DNA of 64,000 bases from Candidatus Latescibacterota bacterium. GTDB taxonomy: Bacteria; Latescibacterota; UBA2968; UBA8231. Each line of letters begins with the position of its first letter. Position 1 is the first letter of the stretch. The stretch covers positions 52,968-116,967 of the forward strand of contig JAJEFJ010000104.1 of the NCBI GenBank assembly GCA_022820485.1, written 5' to 3'. Shown here piece after piece: positions 8,793-17,557 of this stretch. The position numbers and the translations under genes are program-made. Under the pieces are notes generated by a model. The model saw nothing but the letters and a program-made list of their open reading frames with translations, was not told the origin of the DNA and searched no databases.

Positions 8793-11732
8793 TTATCGGC
8801 GGGCGACCAATTCTTCTAGCTGCCAGTCGAGCGGGATGCGCATCCGCCCCTCGTTGCGGCGGTCGAAGAGCAGGTAGTTTTCGCGCAACCCGAAGTAGAA
8901 CAAGTCGCGGGTCAGTTCCACGTCCTTTTGGCAGTACTCGGCAATCAAATCCAGCCGCCCCTCTTTGAACCACCGCAGCGCGTCCAACCCGTCGGCGCTC
9001 TTGGCGGCGTCGAGCGTGGCCCGGCCCAGCGAATCGAGGCTCACCCGGTAGCGCAGCCGCTGGTGGATTTCGCGCAGCATGTCGAGCGTGTTGAGCGTGC
9101 GGAAGTCATAAGGGCTGTACCCGCGCAAGACCGAATAATCAAAGCCGATGATGTTGAAGCCGACGACCAAGTCGGCCGCCTGGAGGTGCTCTAAGAGCCG
9201 GTCGATGTCTTCCTCAAAATACTTGGTGCAGGCCTGTTGGCGGCTGTCCCACACCACGCCGACCGACATGCCCATCATGTGCGCTTTATTCCAGCCGCCG
9301 ACCTCGGCAGCCGAGCGCTGGGTTTCGAGGTCAAACACCACCACGTGTGGACCTTGTTCGGGCGGCATTTCTTTTACCTCCTCCTCCTCTTCCCACTCGG
9401 CAAAAATCGGCGCGTCCTCTGCGCTCTCGGACTTCGGCGAGCTCAGTCGAGCCGCTGTGGACGCGGTGCACTCGATGGCCCGGTGGCCCGTGAGCGCGCC
9501 GAGCAGGTGGATCGCGCCAGCCTTGTCAAGGGGGACGTTGCCCGCGCCGCACGTGGGGAAATGGATGCAAGACGGGCAGCCGAGCAAGCAATCGCAGGTT
9601 TCGACCATGGACAGCGTCATGTCCAAAAGGCGATCGAGTTGGGCAAAGCCCTTTTCCGCCAAGCCAATGCCGCCGGGGTGATAGTCGTACACGAAAATCG
9701 CGCCCTTGCCGAGCTGGGGATGCTGTGGATAGCAAATCCCGCCGACGTCCGTGCGGTCGCACAGGGCTAGCAGCGGGAAGAGCGACTTCATGGCGTGTTC
9801 AATGGCGTGGATCGAACCCATGTAGTGGTGCTGGTGGCGGCTGAGATCGGCCTTGAAATGGGCGTCCAGCTCAATCCAGAAGCCAATCGTCTCAAAGTGC
9901 TCCACCGGCGACTCCAGCTCGTGTTTGCTGAGCACGACTTGGTCGCCGACGCGGATCTTTTCGTAGCCCACCACCTGCGAGCTGACCTTGAGCCGGCCCA
10001 ACCGCGCCATAAAGCCCTGCAAGGGCCGCGAGCGCAACTCCTCCAAGGTCTCGGTGTCCTTTGCCGTGCGGGCGCACGTGAAGTACGCCACATCCACTTC
10101 CTCGGCGTAGATCTGGCCCCGCTCGGGGTTGCGGTCGCCGATCTCGTACTGGCGGCCGCGGTGCAAGTAAATCGCGCCTTTGTAGCACTCGCCATACACC
10201 TGACCGCCACTGACCGTGCCAATCTGGTTGTCGCCGCGACCGACGATGCGATACGACTCGCCGATGGTGCGCATGTTGACCAAGCGGTGCGGCTGCTTGC
10301 GCGCGGCAAACCAAGCGTCGCCCTCGGCGTTCTGCAGCAGCATCCCCTCCTCGGTCAACGCATCAATCGCCGCCTGATAGTTGGGCAGTGCGTATTCTGG
10401 TTCGCTAGCTACGAGGGGCAGCTCGCGCGCCGCACACGTGAGGTGATTTTTGAGGATGTACTGATTCGTCGGATCCACCACCGCGTCCTCTAAATCGCGC
10501 ACAAAAAAGTCCCCCGGATGCCGCATAAAGTACTGATCGAGCGCATCGGGAGAGGCGATGAGGAGGATGAGCGACTCGCGGCCGGCGCGGCCCACGCGGC
10601 CAGCGCGCTGCCAAGTGTTGATGATCGAACCCGGATAGCCGACCAACACGCAGATGTCCAAGCCGCCGATGTCAATGCCCAGTTCCAAGGCCGACGTGGC
10701 CACCACGCCCTTGAGCTCGCCGCCGTTGAGGGCCTGTTCGATCTGGCGGCGCTCGGTCGGCAAATAGCCGGCGCGATACGAGGAGATTCGCTCCCGCAAG
10801 TCCGGGCGGCTCTGGGTGGCCCAGCGGTACACCAGTTCGGTGGTGATGCGGGCGCGGGTGAAGACAATCGTGCGATAGTCTTGGAGCACGCTGGCGCGCA
10901 GCAGGTGGGCCGCGAGGGTGTTGGGGCTTTCGCTCGGGTTGACGAACACGAAGTGGCGCGCCGCAGCCGGAGCGCCGTGATCTTCAATCGCGTAAAAGGA
11001 GCGGTTGAGCAGTTCCCCCGCCAGCTCACGAGGATTGCCCATCGTCGCCGAGCTGGTGATGTACACCGGATCGGACCCGTAGTGCGCGCAGATGCGGTTC
11101 AAGCGGCGAAAAAGGTGCAGGACGTGGGAGCCAAACACGCCGCTGTACGCGTGCAACTCGTCGATGACCACGTAGCGCAGGCGAGCGAAAAAACCGGCCC
11201 AAGCCTCGTGGAAGGCGAGGATGCCCGAGTGCAGCATGTCCGGCGTGGTGAACAGCACCTGCGGTGGCTTATTGCGAATTTGCCGACGGCGATGGCTCGT
11301 GGTGTCGCCGTCGTAAATGGCCGCTTGCAGCGTGCCGCCTAAGCCCTGCATCAGGCCGCTTAGCTCGTCGAACTGATCCTGCTCCAGCGCCTTGAGCGGA
11401 AACACGTAGAGCGCGTGCGCCTCTGGGTCGTCGAGCAGCGTGGCCAGCACGGGCGCGTTGTACACCAAGGTCTTGCCCGAGGCCGTGGGCGTGGCAATGG
11501 CCAAGTGCTGACCCTCCAGCACTTTTTGGATGCCCTCGGCTTGGTGCGTATAGAGCGCGGGAATGCGGGCGATTTCGAGGATGCGGGCCATGGCCGGAGG
11601 CAAACCAGCCAAGTCGCGGACTAGACGCGCCGGGCGCGCGGGCAAGGTCTGGTGATGGACGACCTCGTTGCCCAAGATGCGGCGTTTGAGAAAGCGAATG
11701 TGCTCGGCGATGCTCTCGGCGTCGCTGATCAA
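8793..11732 (-). CDS. YprA/MrfA-like DEXH-box helicase with a DUF1998 zinc module, fused to a C-terminal DEDDy 3'-5' exonuclease domain
   Basis: Motif I TPTASGKT, motif II VVIDELH, then the helicase C-terminal domain. The DUF1998 Cys cluster is CDCLLGCPSC...CG. After the linker ...TAARLSSPKSESAED the ORF continues ~200 aa with Exo I VVFDLET, Exo II GFNIIGFDYSVL and Exo III YCQKD. Confidence 0.8.
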   Translation of the reverse strand: MISDAESIAEHIRFLKRRILGNEVVHHQTLPARPARLVRDLAGLPPAMARILEIARIPALYTHQAEGIQKVLEGQHLAIATPTASGKTLVYNAPVLATLLDDPEAHALYVFPLKALEQDQFDELSGLMQGLGGTLQAAIYDGDTTSHRRRQIRNKPPQVLFTTPDMLHSGILAFHEAWAGFFARLRYVVIDELHAYSGVFGSHVLHLFRRLNRICAHYGSDPVYITSSATMGNPRELAGELLNRSFYAIEDHGAPAAARHFVFVNPSESPNTLAAHLLRASVLQDYRTIVFTRARITTELVYRWATQSRPDLRERISSYRAGYLPTERRQIEQALNGGELKGVVATSALELGIDIGGLDICVLVGYPGSIINTWQRAGRVGRAGRESLILLIASPDALDQYFMRHPGDFFVRDLEDAVVDPTNQYILKNHLTCAARELPLVASEPEYALPNYQAAIDALTEEGMLLQNAEGDAWFAARKQPHRLVNMRTIGESYRIVGRGDNQIGTVSGGQVYGECYKGAIYLHRGRQYEIGDRNPERGQIYAEEVDVAYFTCARTAKDTETLEELRSRPLQGFMARLGRLKVSSQVVGYEKIRVGDQVVLSKHELESPVEHFETIGFWIELDAHFKADLSRHQHHYMGSIHAIEHAMKSLFPLLALCDRTDVGGICYPQHPQLGKGAIFVYDYHPGGIGLAEKGFAQLDRLLDMTLSMVETCDCLLGCPSCIHFPTCGAGNVPLDKAGAIHLLGALTGHRAIECTASTAARLSSPKSESAEDAPIFAEWEEEEEVKEMPPEQGPHVVVFDLETQRSAAEVGGWNKAHMMGMSVGVVWDSRQQACTKYFEEDIDRLLEHLQAADLVVGFNIIGFDYSVLRGYSPYDFRTLNTLDMLREIHQRLRYRVSLDSLGRATLDAAKSADGLDALRWFKEGRLDLIAEYCQKDVELTRDLFYFGLRENYLLFDRRNEGRMRIPLDWQLEELVARR

Positions 11733-12015
11733 GGCTCAATTTCCTGAAGCGGTGTGCGGCGGAGACGAACGGGGATCACGGGGAGGAAAAGAGAATAGCT
11801 AAGCCGTTGGGCTAGGGCAAGGCGAGAGGGGGAAAACTTCTGTACCGTTAGAACGTCCACCGCCTTGACAGAAAAAGAAAAAAAGGGTCTTTAATTGGAA
11901 TAATCTCTGATTTATCATCCTGACGAGCTTTTTCCTTGGCGGCACCGAGTTACTATAAAAAACAAAAAGAGGAGGTAATCGCGGTGCATCAGTTCAGTTT
12001 CTCCGACCTAGCAGA

Positions 12016-14216
12016 GTGAAATCCTTACTGCAAAATTTTACGTCCGAGCTTCGCGCCGACATCCTGTCTGCGAAGGCCGTTCCAGCGCTGTCAGCCGGCT
12101 TCACCTCGGGCCTAGGCCTGCTCGTCTCCCAGATTGCCTTCGGGAGCTTCATATTCTCGGGGCCGTTGGCCTCCTATTCCTCCCAAGGCGTCGGCCTAGT
12201 GCTGTTCGGGAACTTCGCGGCGTGCCTGATCATCGCCCTCGCGGGCGGCTACCTCGGCGCGATTGCGGGGTTGTCTCCCGCGCTGGTGATCGTCATGGCC
12301 ACGGTCGGCTTCACAATGAGCGCCGAGGGCGACGCGCTGTTCGTCACCACCGCGGTCGCGCTCATCATCAGTGCCGTCGCCACTGGCGCGTGCTGTCTCC
12401 TGATCGGGCGATTCCGGCTCGCCAATCTAGTCCGCTTCATCCCCTATCCAGTGACGGGTGGGTTTGTAGCTGGGATCGGGGGAGCCGTGTGCTTGGCGGC
12501 CATGTCGTTGATGGGAGCCAAACCAGATTGGCGGGCGATTCCCGCACTCTTTGAACCCTCTGTGCTGTGGAAGTGGAGCCCGGGTGCGGCGTATGGGATC
12601 GCCTTGTACCTCGCGATTAAGCGCTGGGGCAATCCGCTGATCTTGCCGGTGAGCGTCGCACTGGCCGGCGCTGCGTACCATCTCGTACTCGCCAGCCTCG
12701 GCATTTCGGTTGAAGCGGCGCGGGCGGAGGGCCTGCTGCTTACGAGCACCGCGGACGGGAGCCTGTGGCCAGCTTTGTTCCCTGCCGATCTGGTGCACGT
12801 GCAATGGGCCTCAATGGCCGAGCAGGCTCCCTACATGCTGACGCTGATCTTGGTCGCTTTCATCTGCGTAATCATGAATTTTGCCGGTCTCGAATTGGCG
12901 ACGAACAGGAGTTGGACTGGGACCGGGAGTTCCGGGTGACGGGCGTCGCGAGTATGGTCGCTGGTCTAGGTGGCGGCACAGTGGCGACCTTTGTCGTACC
13001 GGCTTCCCTGCGCAGCAAGCTGCTTGGAGCCACAACAAGGTTGACTGGGGTGGTTTCCGCCCTCGTGATCGGAGTCGCATTGTTCCTCGGCGACGGAATA
13101 CTGGGATTCGTCCCTGCTTCACTCGTAGGAGGAGGCATCCTGATCTTTGCCGGACTCGGCATGTTAGACGAAGGTCTCGTGAAAAGCCGCAAGCGGCTCC
13201 CTTGGTCGGAGTACGGCATCATTCTGTTGATTTTTATTGCGATCCTGTCCTTCGGACTGATCGAGGGTGTGGGCGTTGGGATGCTGGCCACCCTCGTGTT
13301 CTTTGCCGTGCGACTCAGCCGCGTGGACCCAATCGCATCACAGTTCACCGCGCACGAGCGCGAGAGCAACAAGACCCGTCCCGTTCCCGATCTCGCCATC
13401 CTACTGGAGGAGGGCGAGCGGGTGCAGGCATACCAACTGCGCGGCTACCTCTTTTTTGGCAGCGTGTGCCCCCTCGCCGATCATCTCAGGCAGTCCCTGA
13501 GCGGCGCTTCGCATCCTACTTGTCTGATACTGGACTTCAGTGCCGTTTCCGGCTTCGATTTTTCGGCAGTGAACGTCCTGAGCAGGTTTCTGCAAACGGC
13601 ACACGCTGCTGGTGTACGAGTAGCTCTGAGCGCATTGTCCGAGGGATTGCGGACCGGATTTGAACACAACCTTCCGCCTGCCGCATATGCCGAGTTGCTG
13701 GTGGAGCCGGATGCGGACCGCGCCCTCGAGCGCTGTGAGGACATCGTCATTGCGGAATGGAGGACGAACGTGGACATGGCGGACGAGCGTCGCGCTTCGC
13801 TGATGGAACACACCGTCGATGATCTAGAGCGCTACCTAGAGCGACAAATTGATTTCGAAAATCTGCTGGAGGAACTCCGACCTTGGCTGAATTCGCGCCA
13901 GTACGCTGCCGGCGAGGCTCTCGTAGGACCGGATGCGCCGCAAGAAGGTCTGCAATTGCTGCTTGCGGGCCGGGCTTCCGGCTACGATTCCGCGGGTACG
14001 CGCCTGTTTCAATGCGGCCCGGGCGATGCGATATGGCCGATGGGCGCGTCGGACCAGAAAGCAGCCTCTGTGGTTGCAGACGACTCCTGCCAAACGATGG
14101 TGCTGACCCCGGCCGACCTAGGCTGGCTGGAGCAGCACGAAGAGCGGCTTACCTTCAAGCTGTATCGCTACCTCTTCGCCGGGCGGCTCCAATCCGGATC
14201 GGGAGCGGAGCAATAG
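12016..14216 (+). pseudogene. SulP/SLC26 family anion (sulfate) permease with STAS and a C-terminal cNMP-binding-like domain; reading frame interrupted near 12893-12935
   Basis: The GTG at 12016 opens a SulP N-terminus (frame 1) ending NFAGLELATNRSWTGTGSSG* at 12939. The SulP signature continues in frame 0 (DWDREFRVTGVASMVAGLGGG...) through a STAS domain (YQLRGYLFFGSV...ILDFSAVSGFD) and a cNMP-binding-like tail to 14216. This is a single-nucleotide frameshift, real or a sequencing error. Confidence 0.5.
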
Positions 14217-14328
14217 CAAGCGGACTTCCGCAGCTAGATGGAATCGACTTTGTTTTTCACACGAAAGCTGATTCACGCCCTATCGACATGTTCTTGACAT
14301 CATATGTTGTTAAAGACATATTTTTCAC

Positions 14329-14691
14329 ATGACTTGGACAGTCGAGATCGCCGACGAGTTTGAGCCGGAATTCGACAGTCTGCATGAGGATGTGCAAACC
14401 GAGATCCTAGCGCTGTCGCGTCTGTTGCAGCAGTTCGGGCCGCAACTAGGACGGCCCCGAGTAGACACGCTGAACGGCTCCCGCCACGCGAACATGAAGG
14501 AGATGCGGTTCAGCGCTGCAGATGGGGAATGGCGTGTAGCGTTTGCCTTCGATCCGACGCGCAAGGCCGTCCTGCTCGTCGCGGGCGACAAGTCTGGAGT
14601 CAACACCAGACGGTTCTACCGTGCGCTCATCCGCAAGGCTGACGAGCGATTCAATCGACATTTAGCCTCGCTCGCGAAGGAAGGAGATTGA
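14329..14691 (+). CDS. Type II toxin-antitoxin system toxin, RelE/HigB (Gp49-like) family
   Basis: 120 aa with the pattern ...LGRPRVDTLNGSRHANMKEMRF...WRVAFAFDPTRKAVLLVAGDKSG. It is immediately followed, with overlap, by an HTH gene. Confidence 0.65.
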   Translation: MTWTVEIADEFEPEFDSLHEDVQTEILALSRLLQQFGPQLGRPRVDTLNGSRHANMKEMRFSAADGEWRVAFAFDPTRKAVLLVAGDKSGVNTRRFYRALIRKADERFNRHLASLAKEGD

Positions 14692-14693
14692 TG

Positions 14694-15020
14694 ATGGCTT
14701 TGAACGTAGAAGACAAGATTGCGACGCTGGACCCCGCTCGGCGACGCAAGGTCGAGGATCGGGCGGCAGAACTCATTGCCGAGGAGATGACTCTGCGCGA
14801 ACTGCGCAAGGCCCGGCAACTCACCCAGGCGCGCGTCGCGCACCAACTCGGTATCTCGCAGGACGGCGTCTCGCGGCTCGAGCAACGAAGCGATCTGTTG
14901 CTCTCGACGTTGCGCAAGACGGTGGAGGCCATGGGCGGCAGTCTTGCGCTCATCGCTAGATTCCCCGACCGTCCGCCGGTCGAACTGTCAGGCATTGCCG
15001 ACAGCGATCTCCGCGATTGA
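14694..15020 (+). CDS. XRE-family HTH antitoxin (HigA-like)
   Basis: The helix-turn-helix is LRELRKARQLTQARVAHQLGISQDGVSRLE. The RBS GAAGGAAGGAG is 6 nt upstream of the ATG at 14694. The upstream toxin's stop overlaps the alternative start at 14688/14691. Confidence 0.65.
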   Translation: MALNVEDKIATLDPARRRKVEDRAAELIAEEMTLRELRKARQLTQARVAHQLGISQDGVSRLEQRSDLLLSTLRKTVEAMGGSLALIARFPDRPPVELSGIADSDLRD

Positions 15021-15048
15021 CGCCCGAGGTGACGTGAACTCTGCTCGC

Positions 15049-15753
15049 ATGGGTATTAAGGCCCTGACTGTCGATGTCTTTGGCACGGTCACCGACTGGT
15101 ACTCTACTATTGTGCGCGAGGGTGAGCGATTAGGCTGCAACAAGCGGCTTACCGTGGACTGGGCACGCTTTGCCACGGCTTGGCGCAGAGGCTATGAACC
15201 CGCTATGGGTCGCGTGCGGCGCGGCGAATTGCCTTGGACGACAATAGACGCACTCCACCGAATGATTCTCGACGACATTCTGCAAGACTTTGCGATTCCC
15301 GAGTTGTCCGAGGACGAGCGCAGTCATTTCAATCGAGTCTGGCACAGACTGGATCCGTGGCCCGATGTGGTCGGCGGCATGTTGCGGTTGAAATCCAAAT
15401 ACATTGTTGCCGCGCTTTCCAATGGCAACATGTCGTTGCTGACCAACATGGCCAAGCACGCCGGTATTCCGTGGGACTGTATCTTGTCAGCAGAGCTTGC
15501 GCGGCATTACAAGCCGGACCGGGAAGTGTACGAGACCGCGGCGCAGCTTCTCGATTTGGAGCCGCCTTCAATCCTGATGGTCGCGGCGCATCGCCACGAC
15601 CTAGAGGGAGCTAGAGCCGCTGGATTCAGAACGGCCTTCATTCCACGGCCGCTTGAATGGGGACCGGAGGGCCAAGCGGACGCAGCGCAAGACGGAGATT
15701 TTGACATAATCGCGCAAGATTTCCACGACCTTGCGGCGCAGCTTGGAGTTTAA
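15049..15753 (+). CDS. Haloacid dehalogenase, type II (HAD superfamily hydrolase)
   Basis: HAD motif I is DVFGTV(T)D with the pattern LTVDVFGTVTDW. L-2-haloacid dehalogenase-like core motifs follow. The start is set at the internal ATG 15049 (MGIKALTVDVFG), not the ORF-track 14944, which overlaps the antitoxin. Confidence 0.7.
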   Translation: MGIKALTVDVFGTVTDWYSTIVREGERLGCNKRLTVDWARFATAWRRGYEPAMGRVRRGELPWTTIDALHRMILDDILQDFAIPELSEDERSHFNRVWHRLDPWPDVVGGMLRLKSKYIVAALSNGNMSLLTNMAKHAGIPWDCILSAELARHYKPDREVYETAAQLLDLEPPSILMVAAHRHDLEGARAAGFRTAFIPRPLEWGPEGQADAAQDGDFDIIAQDFHDLAAQLGV

Positions 15754-15799
15754 TTGCCGTGGGAAGCGAATCGGAGACCTTGAGGAGTTTGGCCTGTAG

Positions 15800-17389
15800 A
15801 TGACGAAAGCCATGACAAAGCGGGAAGATCGTCGGATCGCGGTCCAGGCTGAACTGGATGCGGCCAAGGACCAGCCCGAACGCAACAGGATGGGGCAGTT
15901 TGCAACTCCAACGGAACTTGCCGTACAGATCCTTGAGTATGCTAAAGGGCAACTGAATGAGACTGAGGCGGTGCAGTTTATCGACCCGGCCATCGGAACC
16001 GGCGCGTTCTACTCAGTATTGCTCAAGGTCTTCCCGACAGACCGCCTGACACGCGCCGTCGGCTATGAAGTCGACCCCCATTACGGCGAACCTGCGGCGA
16101 GGCTGTGGAAGGGTACGATGCTAGATGTCCGCCTGGAGGACTTTACACGGGCCGCACTCCCATCAGACAAAGAGAAGTTCAACCTATTGGTCTGCAATCC
16201 GCCCTATGTCCGCCATCACCATATCGCCAGCGAGGAGAAACGACGCCTGAAGGCCCTCACAAGGGAGGCTTGCGGCATTGAGGTAAACGGGCTTGCCGGT
16301 CTGTACTGTTACTTCCTCGGCTTGTCTCACCAATGGATGGCGGCAGGCGGGTTGGCGGGTTGGCTGATACCGAGCGAATTCATGGACGTCAACTACGGCG
16401 CGTCGGTAAAGTGCTGCTTGCTCGACAAGGTTACGTTGCTACACATCCACCGCTTCGACCCAAAAGAAGTGCAATTCGGGGATGCGCTAGTGTCCTCTGC
16501 GGTAGTTTGGTTCAGTAAGAAAGAGCCGCCCACCCATCACAAAGTGCGTATGACCTATGGCGGTTCACTACTGCGACCGAGTCTGGAACGACTAGTCTCG
16601 GTCGATACGCTCCGACGCGACCCGAAATGGACGCTGTACCCAATGAAAGAGAGCCACGAGGAGTCGCCCACGCCAGTGCTCGCGGACTTCTTCACAATCA
16701 AGCGCGGGCTGGCGACTGGCGGCAACAGGTACTTCATCCTGCCAACGGAGGAAATAGAAGAGCGGGAGCTTCCTGCCGAGGTATTCCGACCTATACTTCC
16801 AAGCCCTCGTTACGTGCCGGATAACGAAATTCTGGCGGACCGCGCTGGCAACCCTGTATTGGAACGGCAGTTGTTCCTCCTAGACTGCCGGTTGCCAGAA
16901 GAGAAGATCAAGGAGCGACATCCGACGCTGGGAGCCTACCTTGAAGAAGGTAAGGCGCAAGGCATAGCCGAACGCTATATATGTCGGCATCGGTCGCCCT
17001 GGTATGCACAAGAGCGCCGACCGGCTGCGCCATTCCTCTGCACCTACCTCGGTCGCAGCGACAATAAGAACGGGCGGCCATTTCGATTTATACTGAACCA
17101 CTCCAATGCGACCGCCCCCAATGTCTATCTGATGCTGTATCCGAGGAGAGTCCTTGACAGGGCGATTGCAGGATCTCCCCAGTTGAAGCGGCAAGTGTGG
17201 GACTTCCTGAATGGCATAAGCCCAAAGGAGATGCTGAATGAGGGGAGAGTTTATGGGGGAGGGCTACACAAGCTGGAGCCGAAAGAGTTGGGCAGAGTTC
17301 CGGCGGCTGCGCTTGCAGACCTACTGCCGGAAACAGAGTGGCAGGACAAGCCGAAGCAACTGGAATTGTTTGATGTTGTGTCTGTTTAG
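15800..17389 (+). CDS. Eco57I/TaqI-family gamma-class N6-adenine DNA methyltransferase
   Basis: Motif X GQFATP, motif I FIDPAIGTGAF and motif IV NPPY (LLVCNPPYV) occur in gamma order. The 529-aa length is consistent with an attached TRD. Confidence 0.75.
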   Translation: MTKAMTKREDRRIAVQAELDAAKDQPERNRMGQFATPTELAVQILEYAKGQLNETEAVQFIDPAIGTGAFYSVLLKVFPTDRLTRAVGYEVDPHYGEPAARLWKGTMLDVRLEDFTRAALPSDKEKFNLLVCNPPYVRHHHIASEEKRRLKALTREACGIEVNGLAGLYCYFLGLSHQWMAAGGLAGWLIPSEFMDVNYGASVKCCLLDKVTLLHIHRFDPKEVQFGDALVSSAVVWFSKKEPPTHHKVRMTYGGSLLRPSLERLVSVDTLRRDPKWTLYPMKESHEESPTPVLADFFTIKRGLATGGNRYFILPTEEIEERELPAEVFRPILPSPRYVPDNEILADRAGNPVLERQLFLLDCRLPEEKIKERHPTLGAYLEEGKAQGIAERYICRHRSPWYAQERRPAAPFLCTYLGRSDNKNGRPFRFILNHSNATAPNVYLMLYPRRVLDRAIAGSPQLKRQVWDFLNGISPKEMLNEGRVYGGGLHKLEPKELGRVPAAALADLLPETEWQDKPKQLELFDVVSV

Positions 17390-17557
17390 AAGGGAGTCCG
17401 AAAGCGGCTGCATGTGGCTACGCGAATCGTGGGTACTGACCGGCGGGGACTCGAACGATTATGCCACTACGTAGCCCGACCAACCCTAGCCTCGGAGCGG
17501 TCAAGCTCGCTGGCGAGTTTGACGTGCTGGGCTTCGCCGCCGGTCAGTCTGTATGGG

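Noticed and set aside
11733-12015. Small ORF (GTG 11985-12020) between the RBS GAGGAGG and the SulP start
   Set aside because: It is 11 codons with no conservation evidence. It is more likely that the RBS serves the SulP GTG at 12016, or that this is a non-functional leader.
17390-17557. Possible tRNA fragment or attachment site between the convergent methyltransferase and SIR2 genes (ggggactcgaac-like motif)
   Set aside because: It does not fold into a T-arm/acceptor structure and has no CCA-proximal match to the tRNA-Val in the window. It is probably chance similarity.
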